A stretch of 32,000 bases of DNA, taken from positions 1,470,001-1,502,000 of the forward strand of contig CP006868.1 of NCBI GenBank assembly GCA_025340205.1, given 5' to 3'. The position numbers and the translations under genes were made by a program. This document shows positions 17,908-27,012 of the stretch, one piece after another. This DNA comes from Ignicoccus pacificus DSM 13166. Lineage in GTDB: Archaea > Thermoproteota > Thermoprotei_A > Sulfolobales > Ignicoccaceae. Every line of letters begins with the position of its first letter. The first letter of the stretch is position 1. The notes beneath the pieces are model-generated. The model was given only the letters and a program-made list of their open reading frames with translations, had not been told where the DNA came from and searched no databases.

Positions 17908-18357
17908 TTAGAAGGGAGGAAATCCTTCCAAATCCTCCTCTTCCATCAAATCCTCATCCACGTAAATCGGTTTGTCCGTAACCAAGGCTAAGTATATAGC
18001 ATGGCTGGGTATCATGGGGATTACCATCTTCATCTTACCTTCCAAATTCACATAAAGCTTGGCCGTGTAAAGCCCCGTCTCTGGATCTAGCTCATCTATA
18101 ACTACCTTCTCTATCATTCTTCCCATCTCTTCGGTCACAGACTTGAAGTACTGAAGGAGGTCGAACACCGATTCCCTAGGCTTGTTCCTCCTGAAGTCGA
18201 GGCCTCTGAGCTTGTTTATGCTCCTCACGATGTCGTAGGGGACGTTGTAGAGCACGAACTCCCTCCCATCCTCCAGATGACACACTATCACTGGAGTAGC
18301 GGGAGGGGTGGGCTTGACGATGGCCTCGACGTCAATTACCTTTATACGTTGACCCAT
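17908..18357 (-). CDS. Bifunctional nuclease (BFN/DUF151) domain protein
   Basis: VIVCHLEDGREFVLYNVP...VVIDELDPETGLYTAKLYV...MIPSHAIYLALVTDKPIYVDEDLM; start MGQRIKV (18357) chosen over track start 18429. Confidence 0.8.
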   Translation of the reverse strand: MGQRIKVIDVEAIVKPTPPATPVIVCHLEDGREFVLYNVPYDIVRSINKLRGLDFRRNKPRESVFDLLQYFKSVTEEMGRMIEKVVIDELDPETGLYTAKLYVNLEGKMKMVIPMIPSHAIYLALVTDKPIYVDEDLMEEEDLEGFPPF

Positions 18358-18481
18358 TAAGCGGCCCCGCGCTCCTCGGCGTCTTACAAATTTTATGTTA
18401 TAGAGTCCCATCTTTACGATAATCAGCAACTGAGGTAAAGCTATATAACAAACAGAGGGAGTCGAGAGGGGTGCTCAAAGA

Positions 18482-19069
18482 GTGGAGAGGGAAACCATAA
18501 GCCCACTGGAGCCCAAGCTGTTCGGAAAGTGGGAGTTCGACAGAGTGGAGATCAGGGATCCTGGCTTGAAGAAGTACATATCCTTGAGGCCCGTTTGGAC
18601 CCCCTACACCGCCGGAAGGCATGAGAAGAGGAGGTTCGGTAAGGCTGAGGTCCCTATAGTGGAGAGACTCATAAACAAGCTAATGAGGCCCGGGAGGAAC
18701 ATGGGCAAGAAGGCAAAGATCTACAGCATCGTAGAGAGGGCCTTCGACATCATATACCTTCAGACCGGTCAGAACCCCTTGCAAGTGCTGGTTAGGGCTA
18801 TTGAGAACTCGGCTCCCAGAGAGGAGACCACGAGGATCATGTACGGTGGTATAGTGTACCACGTGGCCGTGGACGTGAGCCCCCAGAGAAGGGTCGACCT
18901 AGCTCTAAGGCACCTAGCCGAGGGAGCCAGGCTAAAGGCCTTCAAGAACAGCAAGCCCATCGAGGAGACTCTGGCCGACGAGATAATTGCCGCCGCTAAC
19001 GACGACCCCAAGAGCTACGCCATCCAGAGGAAGGAAGAGATCGAGAGGATCGCTCTGTCCTCGAGGTAA
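18482..19069 (+). CDS. rps7: 30S ribosomal protein uS7
   Basis: [71 protein letters not shown]. Confidence 0.98.
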   Translation: MERETISPLEPKLFGKWEFDRVEIRDPGLKKYISLRPVWTPYTAGRHEKRRFGKAEVPIVERLINKLMRPGRNMGKKAKIYSIVERAFDIIYLQTGQNPLQVLVRAIENSAPREETTRIMYGGIVYHVAVDVSPQRRVDLALRHLAEGARLKAFKNSKPIEETLADEIIAAANDDPKSYAIQRKEEIERIALSSR

Positions 19070-19090
19070 CCCTTTATCCTCTCTTTTTCC
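19070..19090 (+). terminator. Possible T-rich archaeal terminator after rps7
   Basis: CCCTTTATCCTCTCTTTTTCC immediately downstream of the stop codon. Confidence 0.35.
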
Positions 19091-19109
19091 AAGGCGTCAG
19101 GGGCTAACT

Positions 19110-19742
19110 GTGAGGAAGCTCGCTCTTCTCGATTTGGAGGGGACCTTGCTGGACTACGAGTTCTGGGAGCTTTTGTCGGAGAGACATCCAGATGGAGAGA
19201 GGCTAAAGGAGCTCTTGGAGAAGGGCCTTACCTCCCACTCCTGGTATGAGACGTTCATAGAAAGAGTAAGATCGATAATAGGTACTCCCAAGAGCTTGGT
19301 GACGGAAACGGCTTCAAAGGCAATAGAGAGGATTAGACCCGAGGCTACCGCTTTCGTCTCCGAGCTCAAGAGGAAGGGATATACCGTTATCATAGTCTCC
19401 GGAGGCTTCGAGGACTTCGTCGCCCCGGTGAGCGATGTCTTGGGAGCGGACGGCTTCATAGCTCAGAAGCTCCTCTTCCACAACGACGAAGTGGTCGGAG
19501 TTTACAACGTTTTTAAGGACAAGGGCGAAGTGGTGGACAAGCTAAAGCCTTGGTTTGACTTCATCTTCTCAATAGGAGATGGCTACAACGACTTCAACAT
19601 GTTGGCTAAGTCAGACGTGGCCGTGGTATTAGGAAACAAGGCTAAGGAAATAGCTGAAGAGCTGAAAGCGTTCCACTTTAAGACCTTGGAGGAAGCGCTG
19701 AGGTCGCTTAGCTCCGGAGAGCTGGCAAAGGCTTTGAAGTGA
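19110..19742 (+). CDS. HAD-superfamily phosphatase (phosphoserine-phosphatase-like)
   Basis: DLEGTLLDYEFWELL, VIIVSGGFEDFVAPV, FSIGDGYNDFNML; GTG start at 19110. Confidence 0.85.
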   Translation: MRKLALLDLEGTLLDYEFWELLSERHPDGERLKELLEKGLTSHSWYETFIERVRSIIGTPKSLVTETASKAIERIRPEATAFVSELKRKGYTVIIVSGGFEDFVAPVSDVLGADGFIAQKLLFHNDEVVGVYNVFKDKGEVVDKLKPWFDFIFSIGDGYNDFNMLAKSDVAVVLGNKAKEIAEELKAFHFKTLEEALRSLSSGELAKALK

Positions 19743-19769
19743 TCTCCCGGAGCCCCCTCGGGAAGAGAG

Positions 19770-20207
19770 ATGGAGGTTTACCTCGTAGCTCACGCTCCCA
19801 CCAGCGTTCAAAGGCTGGAGGACTTCGCCAAGCTAGCGTTCAACTTCGGAGATCCGGTCAAAGGTCTCATAGTCACCAAGCCTTCTGGAGTGGCCGCTCA
19901 AGTGGGACTGGCCGACGTCTCTAAGTTAGCCTACAAGCTCGACAAGAAGCTGATCATCTTACCAGATATAGATGATGCGATAGAACTCCTCAAGCCCGAC
20001 GAGATCTATACGGTAAGTCATGACTTCGGAGAAAGGGTAGAGAAGCTGGAGGTCAAGGGAAGGGCTCTAATCATAGTCGGCCTGACCGACCCCGGATTAA
20101 GCAAGCTGGAGGCGCAGAAGGGGAAGGCGATTTACCCCTCATCTCCCTCCGGGGACATAGGTCCAATAGCCTCCGTGGCAATCCTACTCTCGGGTCTGAA
20201 GGAATGA
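19770..20207 (+). CDS. Archaeal COG4080-type predicted SPOUT/SpoU-like protein (annotated elsewhere as RecB-family nuclease)
   Basis: Sequence and coupling to the following COG1325-like gene; family recognised from memory. Confidence 0.6.
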   Translation: MEVYLVAHAPTSVQRLEDFAKLAFNFGDPVKGLIVTKPSGVAAQVGLADVSKLAYKLDKKLIILPDIDDAIELLKPDEIYTVSHDFGERVEKLEVKGRALIIVGLTDPGLSKLEAQKGKAIYPSSPSGDIGPIASVAILLSGLKE

Positions 20208-20620
20208 TAGACAGGGTGGAAATCTACGTCCACTCCCACGCCACAGAGGACCCGGAGAAGGTGCTGGAGGCGGTAGCCAACCTCCTAGGCTTAGAGGAGC
20301 TCCCGGAGGTAGAGGTGTTTAAGGTAAGGGGCCATCACGGCAACGAGATATTAAATATGAAGATGGTGCTTAGGGGTAAAGAGGCCAAGAAGGCGGTGGA
20401 ACACATAATCAAAAGCATGGATGATTTGGAGTACGAGATCTTGAAGAACGAGCTCCCGTGGAGATCAGAGGGCTCAAAGCTCTACCTAAGGTTCAACAAG
20501 CAAGACGCCTACGGAGGGAAGCTGAGGCTATCGAGCGGATCAGACATAATAAGGGTAGTCATAGTTTTCAAGGGCGCTAAGGTGAGCAAGGAGCTATTAG
20601 ATCAGATAAGGGAGTCTTAG
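20204..20620 (+). CDS. Predicted RNA-binding protein, COG1325 exosome-associated family
   Basis: EIYVHSHATEDPEKVLEAVANLLG..., HHGNEILNMKMVL; 4-nt overlap with upstream gene. Confidence 0.7.
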   Translation: MIDRVEIYVHSHATEDPEKVLEAVANLLGLEELPEVEVFKVRGHHGNEILNMKMVLRGKEAKKAVEHIIKSMDDLEYEILKNELPWRSEGSKLYLRFNKQDAYGGKLRLSSGSDIIRVVIVFKGAKVSKELLDQIRES

Positions 20621-21627
20621 GGATATCCCAGAACCAAGGAGGTAACGCAGAGAATCCCTAAAGATATTACCAGTAAGAGAACGTTCACCTTCGTGAACTC
20701 CCAGTAGTCGTAACCGCTCAACCTTAGGGCGATGAGGTTGCTGAGGGAAGCTATGGGGGTCCCCAACCCGCCTATGTCCACTCCTAAGGTCAGAGCCCTC
20801 CAAGGTGGATTGGACTTTATTAAGATCAAAGTGGCTGGAACGTTGCTTATCGCTTGGCTTAGACCAGCTGCTACCAACATGGTTTCTAGCGATCCTCCAA
20901 CGGCTAGTCTCAATACGTAGCCTAAGGAACCAAAGGAGTACATCATTAAAGCTAGAATGATAAGTAAGTTGAAGTCTATTTTTGGTACCTTTCTGTTTAT
21001 AATAACATAAGTGAGCAGACTTAAGGCCAAGGCAATCCATTCCATGTTCTTCTCTATTAATGATATCGAGAGGACTAGCAACACAAATGCCAAAGCGAAT
21101 ATCCTTTTGTTCAACTCAACCTCTTCCTTGAGCTTTCCTCTGGGAGGGAGGGCGTAGACTATTATTGCTAAGGGCACCAAAGAGGCCGGCAACGTGTTTA
21201 ATATAAACGACAAGAAGTCGACTGAGTAATGAGTCCATATGATCACGTTCTGAGGGTTCCCGAAGGGGGTTATCATTGAGCCTATGTTTACAGCAGCCGC
21301 TATCAAGGGAATTGAGGCCCCGCTGGGATCCATAGCTAAAGCTATCGGAACCATGAAGAACATAGCGGCATCGTTCATGAGTATGGCTCCAGCTAAAGCT
21401 GATATTCCTGCCAAGACCTTCAGACCGCCCTTATCGCTTAGGCCCAGCGCTATCTTCTCGAAGGCGTTGGACTCCCTCCACATTTCAGATATTATCATGA
21501 AATTAGCCAATATGACCAAGGCTTTGATATTGATTAGCTCCTTAAGCCTTCCTAGGGTGGAGGGAAATGCTACAGCTACCGCGATGCTCAACGCTATCAG
21601 CGCTATCAGCAGAGGGTCCTTCCTCAT
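20617..21627 (-). CDS. ArsB/NhaD/SLC13-like anion permease
   Basis: About 10 TM segments, MNDAAMFFMVPIAL, MITPFGNPQNVIIW, and a second-half NVPATLILI / LGTPIASLSNLIAL repeat. Confidence 0.8.
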   Translation of the reverse strand: MRKDPLLIALIALSIAVAVAFPSTLGRLKELINIKALVILANFMIISEMWRESNAFEKIALGLSDKGGLKVLAGISALAGAILMNDAAMFFMVPIALAMDPSGASIPLIAAAVNIGSMITPFGNPQNVIIWTHYSVDFLSFILNTLPASLVPLAIIVYALPPRGKLKEEVELNKRIFALAFVLLVLSISLIEKNMEWIALALSLLTYVIINRKVPKIDFNLLIILALMMYSFGSLGYVLRLAVGGSLETMLVAAGLSQAISNVPATLILIKSNPPWRALTLGVDIGGLGTPIASLSNLIALRLSGYDYWEFTKVNVLLLVISLGILCVTSLVLGYP

Positions 21628-21663
21628 TCCCCTTGACCTAGGGGCTTGATTGGGAAAGGGAAA

Positions 21664-22851
21664 TCAGCTTTGGCCCACGTTGGTCACTCTGTCCAGCTTC
21701 TTGAACGGAGCCAAGGCCTCCTCGACCACTTCGGGAATGTTGCTTATCACCTCGCCGAGCTTACAAGCCGGGTCGTAGCCGAAGGGATCCTTGAAGTAAG
21801 CGTAAGCTCTTGCCCTAGATCCTCCGCACATTATTCCGAACTTACAGCTTCCGCAAGGATCCTTGAAGTTTCTCCAGTCCCTTATCTTCATAAGTGGTTC
21901 ACTCCTCTGGTAGATCTCCTTCAAGCTCTTCTCCCTTACGTTCCCTACCTTGTAGGGTAAGAATCCGGAGGGGTAGACGTCTCCGTTGTAGGCCACGAAT
22001 ATTATTCCATATCCGTCCCTGGTATAGGCTGAGGGGGCCCTCTTCTGTTTCGGAGCTTCCTTAGGAACGGGTCCCATGAGTTCCTCCAGCCTCTCCTTCA
22101 GCTTGTAATAGAGTTGACCCACTCCGATCTTCTCAACATCCATTCCTTTCTCATCCATAACAGCTCTAAGCCTATACACCACCCTATAGAAGGGGGCCTC
22201 TGTGGTCCTTATGGTGACCTTTCCGTACTTGGCTGCGTCGTAAAGGAAGTTGACCACATCCCAATACTCATCCTTGCTCAAGTCTAGTTCAAAGCCGGCC
22301 CTCCCGGTTGGTATTAGAAAGAAGACCTCCCAAGCGTCAACGTTGTACTCATAGACGAGCTTGAAGACTTCCGGGAGCTCGTTCACCGTGGGCTTCATTA
22401 CAGTAGTATTTATCTGAAGGAACATACCTATGCTTTTAACAAATTTCATAACTTCTAGAGTTCTGTTGAATATCCCGGGTATTCCCCTTATACCGTCGTG
22501 GGTCTCAGCCGTAGCGCCATCCAAGCTCAGACTCATCCCAATTATCCCTATTTCCTTCATCCTCTCTATCTTCTTCTCTGTTAAGAGTGGGGTAACGCTC
22601 GGGGCCACCAAGGTCCTTATTCCTTTTGAGATGCTGTATTGGGCCAGCTCCCAGAAGTCGGGCCTCATTAGCACGTCTCCGCCCGTCATTATCAAGTGAG
22701 GGTAGGGCTTCGAGAACTCCGTGAGTTGGTCGATAAACTTCTTCGCTTCCCCAGTATTCAGCTCATCGGGAAGGGGCTTTTCTATGGCCTCAGCCCTGCA
22801 GTGCTTACAGACGAGCTTACAAGCCTTGGTGGTCTCCCAGAACACGAGCAA
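21664..22851 (-). CDS. Radical SAM / SPASM domain protein (start uncertain)
   Basis: WETTKACKLVCKHCRAEA, MTGGDVLMRPDFWELA, C-terminal CGSCKFGIMCGGSRARAYAYFKDPFGYDPAC. Confidence 0.9.
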   Translation of the reverse strand: MLVFWETTKACKLVCKHCRAEAIEKPLPDELNTGEAKKFIDQLTEFSKPYPHLIMTGGDVLMRPDFWELAQYSISKGIRTLVAPSVTPLLTEKKIERMKEIGIIGMSLSLDGATAETHDGIRGIPGIFNRTLEVMKFVKSIGMFLQINTTVMKPTVNELPEVFKLVYEYNVDAWEVFFLIPTGRAGFELDLSKDEYWDVVNFLYDAAKYGKVTIRTTEAPFYRVVYRLRAVMDEKGMDVEKIGVGQLYYKLKERLEELMGPVPKEAPKQKRAPSAYTRDGYGIIFVAYNGDVYPSGFLPYKVGNVREKSLKEIYQRSEPLMKIRDWRNFKDPCGSCKFGIMCGGSRARAYAYFKDPFGYDPACKLGEVISNIPEVVEEALAPFKKLDRVTNVGQS

Positions 22852-22992
22852 GGGCTTCTCGTTGAAATCCCATCCGCCTCTGAAGACTCATCCCCAGAGA
22901 GGTTGGAGTGGAAGGTCTTTATCTGAAGGCACTTCGAGTCCTAGGTAAATCCCTTTTTGCTCCCGCTCACGAGCTCATAGGGTGAAGCTCCA

Positions 22993-24240
22993 GTGTTCCA
23001 GAAGATCAAGCCTCCAGAGGGAGGGAAGTTCATCGAGGTTAAGGATGGAAAGCTCATAGTCCCTGACAACCCCATCGTTCCCCACATAGATGGAGACGGC
23101 ATAGGTCCCGAAGTGATAACCGCCGCCAGGAGGATGGTCGACGCAGCGGTGGAGGCCGCCTACGGAGGGAAGAGGAAAATAGTGTGGTGGAAGATCTATG
23201 CCGGAATAGAGGCCGAACCTATTTACGGAACGCTCCTACCAGAGGACACTCTGAATGCCATAAGAACTGCCAAGGTGGCGTTAAAGGGTCCCATGACTAC
23301 CCCTATAGGTTCTGGATGGAGGAGCGTCAACGTAGCACTTAGACAACTCCTCGACCTTTACGCCAACATAAGGCCCGTTAAGTACATCAGGGGAATCCCT
23401 GCTCCACACAAGTACGCTGACAAGGTAGACATTGTAATCTTCAGGGAGAACACTGAAGACGTCTACGCCGGAATAGAGTGGAAGTACGACTCCCCCGAGG
23501 CGGAGAAGGTCAGAGAGTTTCTCAAGAAGGAGTTCAACATTGAGCTGAGGCCTGACACCGGAATAGGCCTCAAGCCCATCTCAAGGTTTGCAACAAGGAG
23601 GATAATGAACAAGGCGATGGAGTGGGCTCTCAAGTACGGAAGGAAGAGGGTAACTGTAATGCATAAGGGTAACATAATGAAGTACACTGAAGGTTACTTC
23701 AAGATATGGGCCTTCGAGTTCGCTAAGGAGAAGTACGGAGACAAGGTAGTGTTTGAAGAGGAGCTTCAGGGCGGAGAGATCCCCGAAGGAAAGATACTGG
23801 TGAACGACAGAATAGCAGACAACATGTTCAACCAGATAATAACCAGGCCTTGGGACTATGAGATAATAGTTACACCCAACCTCAACGGTGATTACCTAAG
23901 CGACGCCGCGGCTGCCCTAGTCGGAGGTCTGGGAGTGGCTCCCGGAGCCAACGTGGGAGACTACATAGGAATGTTCGAGCCCATCCACGGCTCCGCTCCT
24001 AAGTACGCTGGAAAGAACGTGGCCAACCCCACCGCTGCTACCCTAAGCGCCGCCATGATGCTCGACCACATAGGCTGGCACGAGGCCGCCAACTTGCTCA
24101 GGAAGGCCATAGAGGAGACCATAGCAAGCGGAAAGGTGACCCAAGACATAGCTAGGCACCTAGGAATCCAGCCTCTGAGCACCACCGAGTTCACAGAGGA
24201 AGTAATAAAGAACATAAAGAAGCTCGGTGGTAGCTCTTGA
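22993..24240 (+). CDS. icd: Isocitrate dehydrogenase
   Basis: IDGDGIGPEV, IRTAKVALKGPMTTPIGSGWRSVNVALRQLLDLYANIRPV, RENTEDVYAGIEW, NLNGDYLSDAAAALVGGLGVAPGAN. Confidence 0.97.
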   Translation: MFQKIKPPEGGKFIEVKDGKLIVPDNPIVPHIDGDGIGPEVITAARRMVDAAVEAAYGGKRKIVWWKIYAGIEAEPIYGTLLPEDTLNAIRTAKVALKGPMTTPIGSGWRSVNVALRQLLDLYANIRPVKYIRGIPAPHKYADKVDIVIFRENTEDVYAGIEWKYDSPEAEKVREFLKKEFNIELRPDTGIGLKPISRFATRRIMNKAMEWALKYGRKRVTVMHKGNIMKYTEGYFKIWAFEFAKEKYGDKVVFEEELQGGEIPEGKILVNDRIADNMFNQIITRPWDYEIIVTPNLNGDYLSDAAAALVGGLGVAPGANVGDYIGMFEPIHGSAPKYAGKNVANPTAATLSAAMMLDHIGWHEAANLLRKAIEETIASGKVTQDIARHLGIQPLSTTEFTEEVIKNIKKLGGSS

Positions 24241-24536
24241 AGGAGCTCCACTTAGCTTTCTTAATTTACGCCACCCAAACGGCCCCCAAAACTCAGCTAG
24301 ACGAGGTTATGGCTGAAACCTTAGGAGCTGTCATAGAAAATGAGAAGGACTTCGAGGAAGCGGTCAAGCTAGCTAAGATATTGAAGATGGATTTGAACAT
24401 TCTAGCTAGGGCCGCCGTCTATAAGTTCGGAGAAGATGCAATAAAGTTCAAGGACTTGATAGATAAGGAGTTCAAGCAAGGTCAAGCTTGGGAGAACTTC
24501 GTCAAGAGGTACTTGAGGTTATTAAAGAGAAAGTAA
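24237..24536 (+). CDS. Hypothetical protein, 99 aa, coupled to icd
   Basis: TTG start overlaps icd stop by 4 nt; coding-like composition. Confidence 0.6.
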   Translation: MKELHLAFLIYATQTAPKTQLDEVMAETLGAVIENEKDFEEAVKLAKILKMDLNILARAAVYKFGEDAIKFKDLIDKEFKQGQAWENFVKRYLRLLKRK

Positions 24537-25229
24537 TTAATCCTTCTTTATGAACTTGTCCAATCCTCCTTTGCCCTTCAGCTTCCAAGGGGCCACCAAG
24601 ATCTTCACTATCTCTTGCGCCCTGCTCTCTCCAAGTCCCTCAACCCGGCTTAGCTCCATTACCGAGGCGTTGAACACCGCCCTAACGCTCCCGAACCTCT
24701 CCAGAAGTCTCTCCGCGAGCTTGGGCCCCACTCCAGGCAAGCATTGAACCAAGTACAGCTGCCACTGCCGTATGTCGCTTATAGGAGGCTTGCCCTTGGT
24801 CTTTACGGGAACCCTTCTCCTCTCCTCTCCTTGCTCCCTTTGGACTAGGAACTTGATCACCCTAGCGCTGTCCTCCTTTGTAGGAGCGTAGAGGACTCCT
24901 ATGCCGAAGTCGTATTGAAGGGAAGCTATTACCGAGGGCACCGAATGGGCGGCCCTCTCGGAGAACTTCAGGGCGTTCCAACTCCCTTCTATTAAGAAGA
25001 AGGGCTTCTCGTACTCCTCCTTTAGCCTCTTAGCCTGGTTGAACAACCTCCCGTCCCTTAAGCTGTTTATTAGATCCCTAACGCTCTTCCTCTCAATGGC
25101 AACTCTGTCGGAGATCACGTAATCGGCAACTGGGAGTTGTTGCCATATTACCGTTATGCCATACTTCTCCTTCAATATCTTGGGTACCTCGCTCCTCTTC
25201 TCCCTCTCATCGACGTAAACTCTGTACAA
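24537..25229 (-). CDS. xpf: XPF/ERCC4-type structure-specific endonuclease
   Basis: VYVDEREKRSEVP, ERKSVRDLINSLRDGRLFNQAKRL nuclease motif, tandem helix-hairpin-helix CLPGVGPKLAERLL / VEGLGESRAQEI. Confidence 0.95.
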   Translation of the reverse strand: MYRVYVDEREKRSEVPKILKEKYGITVIWQQLPVADYVISDRVAIERKSVRDLINSLRDGRLFNQAKRLKEEYEKPFFLIEGSWNALKFSERAAHSVPSVIASLQYDFGIGVLYAPTKEDSARVIKFLVQREQGEERRRVPVKTKGKPPISDIRQWQLYLVQCLPGVGPKLAERLLERFGSVRAVFNASVMELSRVEGLGESRAQEIVKILVAPWKLKGKGGLDKFIKKD

Positions 25230-25242
25230 GGCTCCTATCCTC

Positions 25243-26214
25243 CTAACCCTTGCCTCCGGAGCTCAATAGCCTCGCTATTTCTCTGCTTGTTCTTCCCAAT
25301 AGCTTGTTGATTAGCTTTTCTACTTCGATTGGCGGTATAACCATTCCTCCGGCTCCGGGGTGTCCTCCCCCGCTCCCTCCAAGCTCCTCTCCTATCGACT
25401 TGAGCAGCTTGGACACGTCGAAGCCCAGCTTTAGTATTCTTGGAGAGCATCTGGCATAGACCCTTATCTCATCTTTCTCCTCCCTTATCACGTATATTAC
25501 GTCCAAGCCTATGGAAATCATCGTCCTAGCCACGTCTCCCTCGTTGGCGCCTATTCTGGTGGCTCCGATCAAGTACTCCTTCACCTTCCTATAGACCAGC
25601 CTCTCGCAAGCCTTCACCCTAGCCATTCTCTTTGAAAAGTCTATCTCCTCAGCTTCGAGCAAGGAGAAGGCTCTTTGAACGGAACCATATCTCGACAGAT
25701 ATTCCATTGCCTTAAAGGCATTGGGCTTCGCTAATCTGAACCCCTTGCTATCGTAAATTATTCCGCTCATGAGGGATTCCGATATCTCAACCGGTAGCTC
25801 CATCTCCAAGAGGCGGAGGGCTAGGGCTACTATCTCGGAGGTCGAGGTGGCGCTTGGATCTACCGCAAAGGGCTCTATGTTCCCCGTTGCATGATGGTCT
25901 ATTCTGTAGTACCTCTTCCCTTCAAGATTCACTCCCGGAAGCTGCGAGGTAGAGGCAGTGTCCAGAATTATTATGACGTCCTCCTTAGGGGCCTCCTCTA
26001 CGAACTCTATTCCAGCATGCTTAGCTACCTTCTTACCGAGGGAAGAGAGGCCTCCAGGGGCATAGAAAGTGGGGCTTCCGAGGAGCTTGAAAGGGGAGGC
26101 GGCTCCAACCGCGTCGGGATCGGCGTGTCTATGGACAACTACCGCATAATTACCCTTCAGATCCTTCATCAGATCCGCTACCTTTTTGGAAAGCTCTGTC
26201 AAGTTCCTTCTCAC
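25243..26214 (-). CDS. DHH-family phosphoesterase (RecJ-like)
   Basis: HRHADPDAVGAA, ILDTASTSQLPG, IDHHATG, GSGGGHPGAGGM. Confidence 0.93.
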   Translation of the reverse strand: MRRNLTELSKKVADLMKDLKGNYAVVVHRHADPDAVGAASPFKLLGSPTFYAPGGLSSLGKKVAKHAGIEFVEEAPKEDVIIILDTASTSQLPGVNLEGKRYYRIDHHATGNIEPFAVDPSATSTSEIVALALRLLEMELPVEISESLMSGIIYDSKGFRLAKPNAFKAMEYLSRYGSVQRAFSLLEAEEIDFSKRMARVKACERLVYRKVKEYLIGATRIGANEGDVARTMISIGLDVIYVIREEKDEIRVYARCSPRILKLGFDVSKLLKSIGEELGGSGGGHPGAGGMVIPPIEVEKLINKLLGRTSREIARLLSSGGKG

Positions 26215-26443
26215 CTTCCCTCAAGGCCTCTTCGACCACTTCCTCGTACTCCTTCTTCCCTCTCAAGCCGCTTATTCCGAGCTCGAGGGTTACCTCCTTT
26301 CCCTCCCCTCTCTCAGATAAAACTATGGTGAGGTCGAGATCCTCGACCCTTCTGCCCAGCTCCTTCTCCACTACCTCTTCTATTTTGTCTGAAGCCTTGA
26401 GGAGAGCTTCTGCTATCCTCTCCAGCTTATCCTCCTCCACCAC
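26150..26443 (-). CDS. DUF3194-like protein
   Basis: Conserved position downstream of pfdB; ELGRRVEDLDLTIVLSERGEGKEVTLELGISG. GTG start about 26443 rather than track start 26494. Confidence 0.7.
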   Translation of the reverse strand: MVEEDKLERIAEALLKASDKIEEVVEKELGRRVEDLDLTIVLSERGEGKEVTLELGISGLRGKKEYEEVVEEALREGEKELDRAFQKGSGSDEGSEG

Positions 26444-26789
26444 CAACTTGCATTCCTCCCAAGTACTTCTGGAGCTCGGCCTTAAGCTTCTCAATCTCCT
26501 TCATCACCAACTCCTCTTGTTTCTTGAGGCTGCTTAGCCTTATCTCGAGCAGCTCTATCTTGTCCTCAACTTCCTTCAGAGCCTCCTCCTTCTTCACTTT
26601 GACCATAACGTGGCCTAGGTTCTGGTAGACCTCGGCATCGTCGGGAAGCTTCTGGAGCTCCTCCTTAACCTTCTTTAACTCAGCTAGTTCCAGCTCTATC
26701 ATCTTCCTCTGCTGCTTTAGGCTCTCCAGCATCGCTTGCTGCTGTTGGAGCTGGGCCAAGATCCTCTGAGCTTGAGCGGGCATGCTCAT
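26427..26789 (-). CDS. pfdB: Prefoldin subunit beta
   Basis: Coiled-coil LAQLQQQQAMLESLKQQRKMIELELAELKKVKEELQKLPDDAEVYQNLGHVMVKV. Confidence 0.94.
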   Translation of the reverse strand: MSMPAQAQRILAQLQQQQAMLESLKQQRKMIELELAELKKVKEELQKLPDDAEVYQNLGHVMVKVKKEEALKEVEDKIELLEIRLSSLKKQEELVMKEIEKLKAELQKYLGGMQVGGGGG

Positions 26790-27012
26790 GACTCTTCTCC
26801 ACCTCCCTGAGAGCCTCTGCGGCGCTATATATCCAGTAGAGGAAGGAGTTCAAAGCTGCTCTGAGTGCCCTCAAGTCCTCTGCCTCTATTATTATCTTCT
26901 TTCCCTCGATCCTCAGCTTGGTCCTCTCAGTCATAGGAGGGTAAAGTACCTCTGGAGTCAAGGCCTTGATTATCGCCTCGTCGCAGACCTCTATCTCAGC
27001 CCTCCCCTTCAA
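26680..27012 (-). CDS. pcc1: KEOPS complex Pcc1-like subunit with C-terminal tail
   Basis: AEIEVCDEAIIKALTPEV...LRIEGKKIIIEAEDLRALRAALNSFLYWI; conserved neighbourhood. Confidence 0.8.
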   Translation of the reverse strand: MKGRAEIEVCDEAIIKALTPEVLYPPMTERTKLRIEGKKIIIEAEDLRALRAALNSFLYWIYSAAEALREVEKSHEHARSSSEDLGPAPTAASDAGEPKAAEEDDRAGTS

